Virus record (IMG/VR): IMGVR_UViG_3300032234_000392
Coordinates: 64,001-128,000 of that record
From: a virus
Lineage: Duplodnaviria; Caudoviricetes
Direction: 5' to 3' (one strand)
Length of the DNA: 64,000 bases
In this document: positions 30,120 through 41,331 of the stretch, in pieces
How positions within the stretch are numbered: the first letter of the stretch is position 1
How the letters are laid out: every line of letters starts with the position of its first letter
Notes under the pieces: generated by a model
Seen by the model: the letters and a program-made list of their open reading frames with translations, nothing else
What the model was told of the DNA's origin: nothing
Databases searched by the model: none
Position numbers and translations under genes: made by a program

Positions 30120-30715
30120 ACAAAAAAATAATCATTACCGGACATACCCGAGGTATTGGCAAAGCCATATACGACAAATTTACTGAAATCAGTTGTAGAG
30201 AAATAGTAGGCATGAGCCGTAGCAATGGCTACGATCTAGAACAAGACTTTGACAAAATTGTTGCCGAAGCAGAAGGCTGTGAAATTTTTATTAATAACGC
30301 CTATTGCGAACAGCAACAGTTAAAACTAGTTGAAGCACTCAAGGACAAGGTTGACATGATGGTTGTGATGGGTAGTGTCAGTCGAATGTACCCAGAATTA
30401 ATTCCTACAGAATATGTGGCTAACAAACAGGCCCTAGCAGAAGCCTGTAGACTAATCAGTGTGAATCCCAATGGCATTCCCTTGCTGCATTTAGATTTAA
30501 GTTTTATTGAAGGCACAGAAGTTGATGCCGAAGACACCGCTGTGTTTACCAGCGACTACACAACTTCATATGAAGATATTGTAGATACAATTATTTTTTG
30601 GGCAGGTAAGCCCAGCATTAGACAAATTGAATTTAGATGGAAACTAACACCCTTTGTGTATGATCAGCTGAAACGAGCCAATCCCAACTTAGATCCATCT
30701 AGGGTATCGTTTTAA
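30116..30715 (+). CDS. short-chain dehydrogenase/reductase
   Basis: ITGHTRGIG, FINNA, YVANK. Confidence 0.8.
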   Translation: MNKKIIITGHTRGIGKAIYDKFTEISCREIVGMSRSNGYDLEQDFDKIVAEAEGCEIFINNAYCEQQQLKLVEALKDKVDMMVVMGSVSRMYPELIPTEYVANKQALAEACRLISVNPNGIPLLHLDLSFIEGTEVDAEDTAVFTSDYTTSYEDIVDTIIFWAGKPSIRQIEFRWKLTPFVYDQLKRANPNLDPSRVSF

Positions 30716-31246
30716 GTTTTCTAAAAATCTATCCGCATGTATTTTCCACACAGTTTGATCTGTGTGTCGATAGTGAACCTGTTTGATCTTTTCTACTATG
30801 TGGAGTTTTTCAAGTGTTGGAAAATAATGTCGATGCACCAGTCGCTGGCTAGCAGCAGCACTGTCGTTAGAAGTTGCATAGATGTTGTCATTGCCAGTCC
30901 ATGCAATACACGCAGGTAATAAAAATTGATCAGTAAGATTTTGATGTTCAGCAATCAATCGCTTGGGAGTTATTAGGCCAGCTGTCGGCCTAGCAGTTCC
31001 AAAAGAACAAGTTCTAGCCAACACTCGATAACTTCCTGGTCCCATAACATCATCAAAAGTATGTGCAACTACACTGCCAACTGCTTTATCATCCTGATAT
31101 AGTATCCATGCTTTCCATGCTGATTCGTTGGCGAAACAATCAATCATTTTTTGTTGGCTAGAATTGTTTTCAAATCCTTTGAGAGCTGCCTCTGCATAAA
31201 AGGTTGTTAAATCTAATTCAGGTGACCAGTCTACAATCTTAAACAT
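30689..31246 (-). CDS. GNAT-like hypothetical protein
   Basis: WILYQDDKAVG..AH, YRVLARTC; fold inferred only. Confidence 0.4.
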   Translation of the reverse strand: MFKIVDWSPELDLTTFYAEAALKGFENNSSQQKMIDCFANESAWKAWILYQDDKAVGSVVAHTFDDVMGPGSYRVLARTCSFGTARPTAGLITPKRLIAEHQNLTDQFLLPACIAWTGNDNIYATSNDSAAASQRLVHRHYFPTLEKLHIVEKIKQVHYRHTDQTVWKIHADRFLENLKRYPRWI

Positions 31247-31931
31247 ACAATTGTTTGGCCTTGTCTATAAAGTCTCTTGGGTAGTTATTACTAAAACTTT
31301 CAAATGCCAATAACTGTATGTCCTTAAGCGGAGTAGGAGTGTTCCAATCTATGCCCATAGCCTGTGATTGTTTTCTTAATTCTATTCTACGATTCTCGCT
31401 GATATGACTTAAAAAACTGTTTATAGTAATAGGCTGTTCATCAAAACTATAGCAAAAGAAATAATTAATGCTCTTTAGTTTTCCATCCACAACAAAATAG
31501 CTGCTAGGATGTAGGCTATATTTGTATATTTCTAAATCTTTATAGGCTGCTAGTATTGCCAACATCTGTTCTTGCCAGTCGGGTACAATCTCTTCAAAGG
31601 GGCAATGGTTGCGATCCAAACTTAGTTGCCACAAATCAACACCCTCAACTTCTAAATAAATTTTCTTTTCTAATAGATCAATATCTTTGACTACCGGAAT
31701 AAATTCTGGGGCATGTTCTCTCATTCGATTGAGATAACACAACTCTCTTGCCCATTTTTCGTTCATTAGGGCAGGATCCACCACTTGATTTTGTCCTTGA
31801 TGATATTCGGAGTCATTAACATACCATTGTACAAATGTCTTTTTATCATCGCTGATTAGACTGGTGTAGATTAGATTATTCCTCCAGGGCAGTTCGCCCG
31901 GCACTTGATTGTAGTAGTAGCTGTAATTCAC
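31239..31931 (-). CDS. protein-kinase/APH-fold-like protein
   Basis: KWARE, YKYSLHPSSYFVVDGKLKSINYF; aligns with 18913-19605. Confidence 0.45.
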   Translation of the reverse strand: MNYSYYYNQVPGELPWRNNLIYTSLISDDKKTFVQWYVNDSEYHQGQNQVVDPALMNEKWARELCYLNRMREHAPEFIPVVKDIDLLEKKIYLEVEGVDLWQLSLDRNHCPFEEIVPDWQEQMLAILAAYKDLEIYKYSLHPSSYFVVDGKLKSINYFFCYSFDEQPITINSFLSHISENRRIELRKQSQAMGIDWNTPTPLKDIQLLAFESFSNNYPRDFIDKAKQLYV

Positions 31932-31984
31932 GAGTTTATCCCTTGTATGTTAATTATCTTAAATACAATCAGGAACCTAATTAA

Positions 31985-32797
31985 ATGATAAAAGGCATTA
32001 ACAATCAACCGTATTTGGATATGGAATCATATTTGGATATGGAACAATTTGATAAACTGCAACCCGAAATACTCAAGGGATTTGCATTGGCACGGATGTA
32101 TGCCAAAGAAGGTACCTGGATGAAACCAGGCTTTGATCAAACCCGCGGCAGTTATATTTGGAATTGGAAACCAATCTATCGTGCAATAGATGAATTTCTT
32201 GCCTTGCCAGACACTGACCCTATTAAACAAGCAGGTTGGGACTTATGGTGTAATGCCAAGGACTATCATACTCGTAATCTATTTACTAGATATGTTAAAA
32301 TGGCCATGGGTGCCTATGATCCGTACATTTATTATTTTTTATGGGAAGAAGGATCGTGGGATGATCGCACAGCAGCTCGTAAATTAACAGACGAAGCACA
32401 GTATTTCCCTAATGTAGTCAAATGGGTTGAACAGACAATTACTAGTGGAATATTTGAACACATCGGCCGAGTAATATTTTTTCACTGTGAAGCGGATGGC
32501 ATGCCATTCGAACATAGAGATTTAGATGCTAACAACGGAGTGTTTGAAAATGATTTCTATACTCCGCATAGAAACGAATTTATACACATTCGCCCTAACA
32601 CTAAAAAAGGTTTTTATATCTGGGATCCCGATACCAAGACCAAAGTCTATCTCAATACCAAAGCTGCTTGGTGGAATGATCAAGACTGGCACGGTGGCGA
32701 TCAAATAAAAGAACAAAGTTATAGTCTAAGAATTGATGGCAAATTTACCGACGAGTTCCGTAAAAAATTAAACATCGATCATCTGGAGAATTATTAA
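31985..32797 (+). CDS. Fe/2OG-type oxygenase-like protein
   Basis: FEHRD...WNDQDWHGG...SLRIDG. Confidence 0.6.
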   Translation: MIKGINNQPYLDMESYLDMEQFDKLQPEILKGFALARMYAKEGTWMKPGFDQTRGSYIWNWKPIYRAIDEFLALPDTDPIKQAGWDLWCNAKDYHTRNLFTRYVKMAMGAYDPYIYYFLWEEGSWDDRTAARKLTDEAQYFPNVVKWVEQTITSGIFEHIGRVIFFHCEADGMPFEHRDLDANNGVFENDFYTPHRNEFIHIRPNTKKGFYIWDPDTKTKVYLNTKAAWWNDQDWHGGDQIKEQSYSLRIDGKFTDEFRKKLNIDHLENY

Positions 32798-34200
32798 TGA
32801 GTAAAGTATTTTGGTTGCAACCAGAAGACTCTAAGATTGGCGGTGTACAGAAGTTAATTGCTGACCGTGCTGGATCACCTAGCTTTTGTGTTATTCCGTG
32901 GATACACATGGCCACTCGTCCCAATGGCGATGCTAGACTGTGTTGTGTGACCAACGCATCGGGTGCAGCCACTGGAGACCATCAAGTGGGATTGGTCAAA
33001 AAAGAAAATGGTCGTCCTGCAAACTTTGGTGTTGATACTCCACTAAGTGCGTGGAACAACGAGTATATGCGTGATGTGCGTACCACAATGCTTGAAGGAA
33101 AAATACCTGCTAGTTGTACTAAATGTTTTGAAGAAGAATCCAACGGTGTTGCCAGCAAACGTATTTGGGAAGCCTATGACTGGACAAACAACGGGCTGGA
33201 TATAGAAAAATTAATTAGCGATACTGAAGCAGATGGCACAGTTCCTCCTGTTATACGATATCTAGATCTTAGACTAGGACATACCTGCAACTTGAAATGC
33301 GTAATGTGCAGTCCACACGACAGCAGTCGCTGGGTGCAAGACTACGAGCCAATGATGGCTAAAACCAAAAGTCAAATAGTCATTAATCAGATCAACTGGG
33401 ATAAAAGTACATTCAACAATTACTGGTATGAAAAGCCAGAATTTTGGGACGATGTATTTGAGCAGATTCCACACATTGAACAACTGTATTTTGCTGGCGG
33501 CGAACCGCTGATGATCAAGGAACACAAACGCTTCCTAGAAGAAATCATCAGACGTGGCTACAATCATAGAATAACACTACGCTATAATTCTAATGGTGTT
33601 TTGCTGGATGAAGAAATGATTGCTATATGGACACAGTTCAAGAAAGTAAAATATTCTGTAAGCGTAGATGCAGTCGGTGATCGCAACTGGTATATTCGTT
33701 ATCCTACCAAGTGGGATGAAATCATACAAGTTCTTGAAAGATTAGACAACACTCCAGACAACATCCAAACCAGCATTGAGTGTGCTGTGCAGGCCATTAA
33801 TGCAGAACACTTGCCAGACTTTGCTCGTTGGATGATTGAGCAGAATTATAAAAAAGTTAACAAGCACTATCTAGGTGATTATCAGGCAGGTGGCGGAATA
33901 TTCAGTATGCACCTATTGTTCATTCCTACTTTCTTAAGTGCTAGAGTATTAACCCGAGCACAGAAAGATCGTGTGCGTGTGAAGTTTGCTGAATTCAAAC
34001 AATGGCTATGGGACAACTACACACAAGATCCTGCATTCTGGCACGACAATCCGTATGGCTGGAAACGCTGGGAAGGAATCCTAAAGTTTATTGATGCAGA
34101 AGATCACAGCCATATGATGCCAGACTTTATTGAATACTTTGAAAATTTAGATAGTATTCGTAATACTAATTTCAAAGCGACATTTCCTGAACTAGAATGA
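32797..34200 (+). CDS. radical SAM protein with N-terminal SPASM/Twitch-like domain
   Basis: FCVIPW, LCC, CTKC, CNLKCVMC, FAGGEP. Confidence 0.9.
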   Translation: MSKVFWLQPEDSKIGGVQKLIADRAGSPSFCVIPWIHMATRPNGDARLCCVTNASGAATGDHQVGLVKKENGRPANFGVDTPLSAWNNEYMRDVRTTMLEGKIPASCTKCFEEESNGVASKRIWEAYDWTNNGLDIEKLISDTEADGTVPPVIRYLDLRLGHTCNLKCVMCSPHDSSRWVQDYEPMMAKTKSQIVINQINWDKSTFNNYWYEKPEFWDDVFEQIPHIEQLYFAGGEPLMIKEHKRFLEEIIRRGYNHRITLRYNSNGVLLDEEMIAIWTQFKKVKYSVSVDAVGDRNWYIRYPTKWDEIIQVLERLDNTPDNIQTSIECAVQAINAEHLPDFARWMIEQNYKKVNKHYLGDYQAGGGIFSMHLLFIPTFLSARVLTRAQKDRVRVKFAEFKQWLWDNYTQDPAFWHDNPYGWKRWEGILKFIDAEDHSHMMPDFIEYFENLDSIRNTNFKATFPELE

Positions 34201-35351
34201 AACATTATTGTCCGCTACCTTGGGTAAATTTATATGCTGAAGTTGATGGCTTTGAGCCCTGCTGTAATTGGAAACGATTGCCCGGAGATCAAATTGCTCA
34301 AGATGCACACGAAGGATTTCATGGAATTAAAATACAGCAAGTACGACAAGACATGCTGGACGGAAAATCTATACCCAACTGTGAATACTGCTATAACGAT
34401 GAAAGCATAGGTGCCAAATCATTTAGACTTAGTGCGATTGAACGCTATGGTATTGTAAATGAACCTGCTATTGAATGTCTTGACATTGTTTTTGACAATG
34501 TCTGCAATTTGAAATGTCGTGGCTGCAACAGCAGTGCCAGTCATCTTTGGCGTAGTGATGAAATTGAACTGTATGGCGAGCCGTTGGTTAAAGACAAATA
34601 TACTAAAAATTTGTCTTGGAATACAACTGATCTTTCAAACTTAAAAAGCATATCTATATCGGGTGGAGAACCATTTGTTAGTAAAGATTGTGAAACATTT
34701 TTACAAACTCTAACAGATCAACAACTAATAAAAAATATAAGATTAACTTTTGCTACAAACTGCACAATTATTCCGACTGCCGCTGTACATAAAGCACTAG
34801 TTGATTGTGACGATCTACACATGATATTAAGTATCGATGGCATAGGATCACTAAATGAATATTTTCGCAGTCCGTCGGTGTGGGACCAATGTGTAGAAGT
34901 GATGAAATACTTTGACAGTCTTATTGATCTACGCAAGGATAAACAAACACTTATTAGTGTAAGAAGCACAGTATACATTTATAATGTTAATAAACTAAAA
35001 GACATTGAAGTGTTCTTTCAGCAAAACTTTCCACGCTTTGAAACTACTAAAAGAAACATCAGTGTTGAGCCTACAATACTAGCCATTAAAAATATGCCTA
35101 AAGAGTTGAAAGATCTTGTAAGACCTGTGGTAGAAAGTTATGGCCAATCATACAGCGAAGTATTAAACATGCTGAATCAACCCGGGGAAGACCTATTTGA
35201 TCAATTTTTATTATTTCATAACAAATTAGATTCTTTAAGAAAAGAACAGTTAGGCAGTGCTAACCAACTGTTAGCAGACTATATAGCTCAGCATGAATCA
35301 AAATATAAGGGCTACTTAAACGGAAAAAAAATATTCCCATGCATTACATAG
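34197..35351 (+). CDS. radical SAM protein with N-terminal SPASM/Twitch-like domain
   Basis: YCPLPW, PCC, CEYC, CNLKCRGC, SGGEP. Confidence 0.9.
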   Translation: MKHYCPLPWVNLYAEVDGFEPCCNWKRLPGDQIAQDAHEGFHGIKIQQVRQDMLDGKSIPNCEYCYNDESIGAKSFRLSAIERYGIVNEPAIECLDIVFDNVCNLKCRGCNSSASHLWRSDEIELYGEPLVKDKYTKNLSWNTTDLSNLKSISISGGEPFVSKDCETFLQTLTDQQLIKNIRLTFATNCTIIPTAAVHKALVDCDDLHMILSIDGIGSLNEYFRSPSVWDQCVEVMKYFDSLIDLRKDKQTLISVRSTVYIYNVNKLKDIEVFFQQNFPRFETTKRNISVEPTILAIKNMPKELKDLVRPVVESYGQSYSEVLNMLNQPGEDLFDQFLLFHNKLDSLRKEQLGSANQLLADYIAQHESKYKGYLNGKKIFPCIT

Positions 35352-35833
35352 GAAACTACAAAGACTGGATAAATCCAGACTGGCTAACAGAGATCAACAA
35401 CCAGCCAGGCTATGGCCGCCCGAGAGATTGGCAGCCTGCGTTTGCTCACGAAGAAGTAGAATACATCAAGGCCGAACAAGCTGGATATAAATTAAACGAT
35501 GTGCATTTCTGGTTATACGAAAAAAGCAATCTTTCGTTTGATCTAACACCTCCTTGGACTACTGGAACAGTTCATTGGTGGTTTACTAAAATGTATCCAG
35601 GACAGTTTACACCTATGCATCAAGATCCGCATACAGTTGGAGAACAATGTAAACGCTACTGGATTCCAATGACTAACAGTGAACCCGGGCATGTGTTTTT
35701 GTACAAGGACACTGCTCTAACCAAATACAGTGCCGGCGATGTATTTGAGTATATCAACCCCACCGACCTACATGGGGCTGCTAACATTGGTCATACCGTA
35801 AGAATTATTCTACAAGTGACTGAATACTTATAA
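35339..35833 (+). CDS. Fe/2OG-type oxygenase
   Basis: PGQFTPMHQD...LHGAANIG..R. Confidence 0.7.
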   Translation: MHYIGNYKDWINPDWLTEINNQPGYGRPRDWQPAFAHEEVEYIKAEQAGYKLNDVHFWLYEKSNLSFDLTPPWTTGTVHWWFTKMYPGQFTPMHQDPHTVGEQCKRYWIPMTNSEPGHVFLYKDTALTKYSAGDVFEYINPTDLHGAANIGHTVRIILQVTEYL

Positions 35834-37078
35834 CCAATCTCGATTGGTATGCCAGGTTGGCTTTTTTAATTTAGAAATTTCAGTTAGTTTAATACCTTTA
35901 GCCTGCACAACTTCACCGTGCAGAGATTGCAAAGAATGAAATGCTCCGCCCGCTCGCATGTTAATTGCTACCATCGCATTAGGAGCGATGTCTTTGATAT
36001 GCGTTAACAATTGATTTTCCTTAAACACACGATAGGCTAGGCTATAAAAACATGCAGTGCCTTCGTATGAAAAAATATTAGACAAGTTGATTATTGTATG
36101 ATCTAACAAAGACATATCTAAAAATCGTGTGAAGTCTACAGCTTCGCCTAATAGATCAATGTGAACAAAACTATAATCAATGTTAGGCATTTTAGGTGCG
36201 TGTATTTTCCAATATTCTAAAGAATTTAGATTGTAATCATAGAACACAACTTTCATCGGTTCGTTGCTTAATAGAGATTGATGCCACAATCCACTAGCTG
36301 GAGTAATTACCTGTTTGATTGCAGTACCGGAAAGTTCCGCCGCCTTTTCAGTATTGTCTGTATGTACAAAACTAGTGGCACAAATATTTTGTCGATGATA
36401 AATCCAACTGACATTTTTATTAAAGTCGTTTATGTATTCGGGATATAGATGTATTTTTGATTTTTTTATTTCTTCTGAAAAAGCTGTAATTTTTAAGTCA
36501 GCAGATAGATAGCAAGATAAAATATTCCAACCATGACATTTGTGATCGTAGTCTTTGATTACAGTACCTTTTGATATCCATAAAGGTGTGTAGTTGTCGT
36601 GAAAGTTTTCTAGACTTCTTGTAGGCGATATTTGTTGATGTGTGCATCCTAATTGTGTGTTGCCTATAGATGGACGTCCTTGATGATTGTATATTTCTAG
36701 ATTAATATAATAACATTGACTATGTAGTTCGTAATAGGCATTGCCTCGATCTAGAATATGACCAGCTAGTGCAATATCAGTTGAAGTTAGTAATTCTATA
36801 TGTTGAAAAAAATCATAGCCGTTGATAAATTCGGTGCCGGTAGAAAATACCACAGCAAATTCATAACCTAAATCTGCTACATGATTTAATAGATCTTGTT
36901 CATCAAGTCCTTGATATAAATCATAGTGTTTGCCCAACACATTGCTTACGGTGTAGTCGGCTTGATTTTTAACAACTTCTCGTATCCAGTCCGTAGCAGC
37001 ATCTACTGTTCGATCAACACAGCAAAATGCAATTCTTGATTGCGTGGTTGACTTAAATTCTATTATATTGTTTAGCAT
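35828..37078 (-). CDS. hypothetical protein
   Basis: About 416 aa ORF coupled to the upstream AspH-like gene. Confidence 0.65.
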   Translation of the reverse strand: MLNNIIEFKSTTQSRIAFCCVDRTVDAATDWIREVVKNQADYTVSNVLGKHYDLYQGLDEQDLLNHVADLGYEFAVVFSTGTEFINGYDFFQHIELLTSTDIALAGHILDRGNAYYELHSQCYYINLEIYNHQGRPSIGNTQLGCTHQQISPTRSLENFHDNYTPLWISKGTVIKDYDHKCHGWNILSCYLSADLKITAFSEEIKKSKIHLYPEYINDFNKNVSWIYHRQNICATSFVHTDNTEKAAELSGTAIKQVITPASGLWHQSLLSNEPMKVVFYDYNLNSLEYWKIHAPKMPNIDYSFVHIDLLGEAVDFTRFLDMSLLDHTIINLSNIFSYEGTACFYSLAYRVFKENQLLTHIKDIAPNAMVAINMRAGGAFHSLQSLHGEVVQAKGIKLTEISKLKKPTWHTNRDWL

Positions 37079-37796
37079 AACTTCTTGCAACTAACTCTGC
37101 AAATTCTTCTTTCTTAGATCCGTAGCCATAACTATGACCAATCACATGTATTCTGGGATCGTTAGAAAAGTTTATCACACTGTGATAATTTCTAATATTA
37201 ACAATAAACGCACGACCTTCTTTGAAAGGCACAACTCCGTATCCTTCCAGCACCATGTGGCAGTCTTTAGGATGTACTACTGCTATGTTAACCGGCACCC
37301 CAAATTCTAGTGCATCGAAGTCCTGCTCACCTGGTAATCGACCTGGCATGTCACTGTGCGGAGTAATAGCACTATTAGATTCTAATTCCATAAATCGTAT
37401 GCGCCTATAATCATCAGAAGGAAATTGATTCCAAAACTTTTTAATCACTGGTGTCTTATGTGATAACTCTGTCCAATGATAAGGCACCGTGGTTTCGTCT
37501 GTATAACCGTATCCTGTCCATGCTCCAGTCTTACCAACATCAATGCCATGAATGCAACAACTGTTCCACCCTTGGCTTTCATCTTCTCTATGCTCAACAA
37601 AGTAAGGTATTGCCTGCTGAGCTTCTAACTGCCACCCAGCTAGATCGATGTCAAGGTCTAATTCTAACCAACCAAAGTTTGATTCGTTCAGCAACCAGCT
37701 GGCAATCTCTATAGCTGATCCCTCAGGTGCTTTTTCTAACTGCCAAGTGCAATCTTTATTTTTATTGTAAAAATCTAAAGCCTGTTGTGATATCAT
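37053..37796 (-). CDS. aspartyl/asparaginyl beta-hydroxylase-like oxygenase
   Basis: RIRFMEL, ITPHSD, NIRNYHSVIN...RIHVI. Confidence 0.75.
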   Translation of the reverse strand: MISQQALDFYNKNKDCTWQLEKAPEGSAIEIASWLLNESNFGWLELDLDIDLAGWQLEAQQAIPYFVEHREDESQGWNSCCIHGIDVGKTGAWTGYGYTDETTVPYHWTELSHKTPVIKKFWNQFPSDDYRRIRFMELESNSAITPHSDMPGRLPGEQDFDALEFGVPVNIAVVHPKDCHMVLEGYGVVPFKEGRAFIVNIRNYHSVINFSNDPRIHVIGHSYGYGSKKEEFAELVARSYAKQYNRI

Positions 37797-38848
37797 GTGA
37801 GCAAGGCCTTTACAGTGTCTGCAACATACTTGACCTGTTGATCAGTTAGAGCCGGTCCTGAAGGCAAGTCGATGCCTCTAGACGAAACCAGTTCTGAGTT
37901 AGGCAATGATACATCATTGTTATAAAACGGATGATTGTTCATCAATGTGAAAATTGGTCTGGATTCAATACCCTGTGTTTTTAACTGTTCTACCAGTTGA
38001 ATATTATTATCAACCAACAGTTGGTAGCGCCAATACACACAGGTTTCGTTGGGTCTTTCTTTGAAAATACCCATACCTGCAAAATGCTGATCGTATAGTT
38101 TGGCCACTCTGCGACGACTGGCAATAAGTGTATCAATTTGTTCAAGTTGTGCCAATGCCACGGCTGCTGCTAAATTACTCATGCGATTGTTAAGTGCAAA
38201 CACCACCCCACCAGCATTGTCAGGTGGCGGTGTTCTAAGATCAAAACAACGAGCAGCCAGCTGATCGTCATTCACAGTGATAGCTCCGCCTTCGCCACTG
38301 CCAATAATTTTATTATGAAAACTATGGCAAGCAATAGTTCCCCATCCACCTACAGGTTTTCCTGCAACGGTCGCACCAAAACTTTCAGCAGCATCTTCAA
38401 TAACTGGAATGTTTAGCGGATCAGTAATAGCCAGTAATGCAGGCATGTCGACTGCATAGCCATACAAATGCACAGCCATAACAGCTTTGGTTTTTGCAGT
38501 TATTTTTTTCTGTACATCGCACACATCCATGGTCAGACTGTTTGGTGCAGTATCACACCACACTGGAATTGCCCCTACTGCTGATATTGCAAAGGTACTT
38601 GCACTCATAGTCAACGCCGGTACAATCACTTCGTCTCCCTTGCCCACACCTAATGCTTGTAATGCTATGATCAGTGCATAGGTACCATTGACCACTGTAA
38701 TGCCGTGTTTGGTTCCACAATAGGCAGCGATATCAGTTTCTAATTTGGACACAAACTCACCCTGCCACGATATCCAATTTGTATCAATACATTGATTGAG
38801 ATATTTTCTTTCGTTGCCGTTGAGTAAAGGGGAATCTAATGGAATCAT
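37793..38848 (-). CDS. DegT/DnrJ/EryC1/StrS sugar aminotransferase (perosamine-synthase-like)
   Basis: WIS.QGEFV, NGT.AL, GDEVIVP, VIEDAAES, SFHNK..GEGG. Confidence 0.92.
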   Translation of the reverse strand: MIPLDSPLLNGNERKYLNQCIDTNWISWQGEFVSKLETDIAAYCGTKHGITVVNGTYALIIALQALGVGKGDEVIVPALTMSASTFAISAVGAIPVWCDTAPNSLTMDVCDVQKKITAKTKAVMAVHLYGYAVDMPALLAITDPLNIPVIEDAAESFGATVAGKPVGGWGTIACHSFHNKIIGSGEGGAITVNDDQLAARCFDLRTPPPDNAGGVVFALNNRMSNLAAAVALAQLEQIDTLIASRRRVAKLYDQHFAGMGIFKERPNETCVYWRYQLLVDNNIQLVEQLKTQGIESRPIFTLMNNHPFYNNDVSLPNSELVSSRGIDLPSGPALTDQQVKYVADTVKALLT

Positions 38849-38907
38849 AATATACGCATATTTATTCACTATGCGATGACCGTAAAAAATATAGCGTTAA
38901 ATATGAT

Positions 38908-39888
38908 ATGAACAAAACAATATGTTCGGCATTTTGGAATCATACAAATATTAGAGGTGGAGACCGAGTGTTTCCCTGCTGTAGATTCAAACAGCCCATA
39001 CAGACCTTTGACGGCGATCTTGCGGCAGTCTTGCACAGTGCTGAGTATGACCGGCTAAGGCAAGACAGTGCCAACGGTGTGGCCATACCTCAATGCCAAA
39101 AGTGTTATATGGAAGAAGACCTTGGCAAGAAAAGTCTAAGGCAAGAATTCAATGAGCAGTATGGCACAGACACTATAGAGTTAAAATTTTTAGAAATTGG
39201 ATTTGACAACATCTGCAATCTAACCTGTGATGGTTGTTGGGTTGAGTTCAGCAGTGCGTGGGGACACAAGACCAATCCCGATGTTCCCAAAAAATTGCAT
39301 GTCATGGACACCACTGAAATTACCCAAATTCCCGACTCAATAGAACGAGTGATATTTTTGGGTGGCGAGCCCTTGATGACCAATCGACATATTACATTCT
39401 TGAACAAGATCCAAGACCTCACTGCGGTATCAGTGATGTATTATACCAACGGAACATTTCTCCTAAAGCCCAACGAAATTCAAACACTCAAACAAACCAA
39501 ACAAACACACTTTGTAGTCAGCATAGATGGCGTTGGCGAACTAAATGATCGTGTGCGTTCAGGTTCTAATTGGACAGATATTCTTGCGTTTTTGCAACAG
39601 CTACGATCGTTGGATTTCAAAATCAGCATACATTCAGTTATGCATCTAAACAATTGGCACGGATTTGCAGAGTTAAGTGAATTTATAAATGCACAAAAGT
39701 TAGACTGGACTGTGGGACTATTGACTTATCCTGCTGATTTAAGTATAATAAACTTGAGTGCTGAGGACAAGCAACAGTTAATCAGCCAATTGAAAAAGTA
39801 TGAAATACCAAATAAAAATTTCATACTTGAGTATTTAGAACATGAAAATAGATCAGACAGAAAAGTATATAAACTGGAACAAGTCTAA
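38908..39888 (+). CDS. radical SAM protein with N-terminal SPASM/Twitch-like domain
   Basis: ICSAFW, PCC, CQKC, CNLTCDGC, LGGEP. Confidence 0.9.
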   Translation: MNKTICSAFWNHTNIRGGDRVFPCCRFKQPIQTFDGDLAAVLHSAEYDRLRQDSANGVAIPQCQKCYMEEDLGKKSLRQEFNEQYGTDTIELKFLEIGFDNICNLTCDGCWVEFSSAWGHKTNPDVPKKLHVMDTTEITQIPDSIERVIFLGGEPLMTNRHITFLNKIQDLTAVSVMYYTNGTFLLKPNEIQTLKQTKQTHFVVSIDGVGELNDRVRSGSNWTDILAFLQQLRSLDFKISIHSVMHLNNWHGFAELSEFINAQKLDWTVGLLTYPADLSIINLSAEDKQQLISQLKKYEIPNKNFILEYLEHENRSDRKVYKLEQV

Positions 39889-40435
39889 AACAACAAGAAG
39901 CAGTCTAGTACCGGGTTGGAATCCCGACTTGATCGATGTACCTTGGACTGAAGTTATTCAAACTGAAGAAGTTGTTGTAGGGGATCCGTGGGACATCTAT
40001 ACCACTGAACTAAAACATCAGCTGGCTGATCTTCATGCTGAATGGTCGATACCTCGTGAAAGTGTAAAACATTACATGAGCCTTAGACCACAACTAACTA
40101 ATGGTCTAGAAACTGCCCTAGCACCTTTTGAAAAATATACGCACAACTACAGTCTGTTAAAGCTAACAGCTGGGCATATGATTGTGTGGCACTTTGACAC
40201 CTACGCTACATTTGTCAAACACAACAACATATCGCAACAAGATGCAGATAAAATCAAACGATCTATTGTGATGCTGACTCCGTGGTCGTTTGGTCATGTA
40301 CTGCAGATAGGTAGTGAAGTGATCAGTGGATGGAGTGTTGGAGATATAATTACTTGGTCAAGCGACACCTGGCACGGTGCTTGTAATTTTGGTCGAGACG
40401 ATTTTACAATCATGCAGGTGACCTACATTGAATAA
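39842..40435 (+). CDS. Fe/2OG-type oxygenase
   Basis: VWHFD...WHGACN...QVT. Confidence 0.7.
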   Translation: MKIDQTEKYINWNKSKTTRSSLVPGWNPDLIDVPWTEVIQTEEVVVGDPWDIYTTELKHQLADLHAEWSIPRESVKHYMSLRPQLTNGLETALAPFEKYTHNYSLLKLTAGHMIVWHFDTYATFVKHNNISQQDADKIKRSIVMLTPWSFGHVLQIGSEVISGWSVGDIITWSSDTWHGACNFGRDDFTIMQVTYIE

Positions 40436-41330
40436 CGTTAAAACAGTTAGTGCAGATAAAAGTACCATGCCCTATGGTAGCTCCGGTGCTATACTAGATC
40501 CCCAGGCTATCGATCATCTAGCTAATTATAAACCCAACCTAGTTGAGGTATTAGATGATACTAATATTGTAAAAGAATTTTGCAACAAGTATAAAAGTTG
40601 GATCGCTTCTACTAAACTCAACACATACATTGGCATTGACGATTTTAAGTTTGCCACATATTCAAATGCCACTAGCGAATCCTTTGACAAGTTTTATATC
40701 AAAAACAATAAACGCAGATTTAGATGCTTGCGTGGTGAATATGTCTATCATCAAGTGGCATGGCGAAACAGTTGGCCCGATTGGCGATTTATTGATGATG
40801 AACCATTAGCCGCAAATGATGCGGTGGTAATCAGCTATCCGTTTTCAGATACTGGATGCCGACATCAACGGCATGATGAAATACTAAAACGTTGTACAGA
40901 ATTAGGCGTTCCTGTGCTAGTTGATTGTGTGTTTAGTGGAGTCAGCTACGATCTAGTATTTGATCTGTCTTATCCCTGTATCACCGATGTGGTATTCAGT
41001 CTTTCAAAAATATTTCCAATTGCACACGCTAGGATAGGCATGCGTTTGACCAGAGAAGATGATGACGACACCATGTTTGTCTATCAGAAGATATCCTACA
41101 ACAACAGAATGGGTGCAGCACTGGGTATATATTTTATTGATAAATTTGACGTGGATTATGTAGTCGATAAATATCGTGCTACGCAATATGAGTTCTGCAA
41201 ACAACTAAATGTCTGTCCAAGCAACACAGTATTTTTTGGTCTTGGCCTAGAGAACTGGCAAGAATATAATCGCGGTAGTGCAACTAATAGATTAAGTTTT
41301 CATAAATTTTTACATCGAGGAGTTTTATAA
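40428..41330 (+). CDS. PLP-dependent enzyme (related to 26994-27845)
   Basis: ISYPFS, VLVDC, FSLSKIFP..ARIG. Confidence 0.7.
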   Translation: MNNVKTVSADKSTMPYGSSGAILDPQAIDHLANYKPNLVEVLDDTNIVKEFCNKYKSWIASTKLNTYIGIDDFKFATYSNATSESFDKFYIKNNKRRFRCLRGEYVYHQVAWRNSWPDWRFIDDEPLAANDAVVISYPFSDTGCRHQRHDEILKRCTELGVPVLVDCVFSGVSYDLVFDLSYPCITDVVFSLSKIFPIAHARIGMRLTREDDDDTMFVYQKISYNNRMGAALGIYFIDKFDVDYVVDKYRATQYEFCKQLNVCPSNTVFFGLGLENWQEYNRGSATNRLSFHKFLHRGVL

Positions 41331-41331
41331 T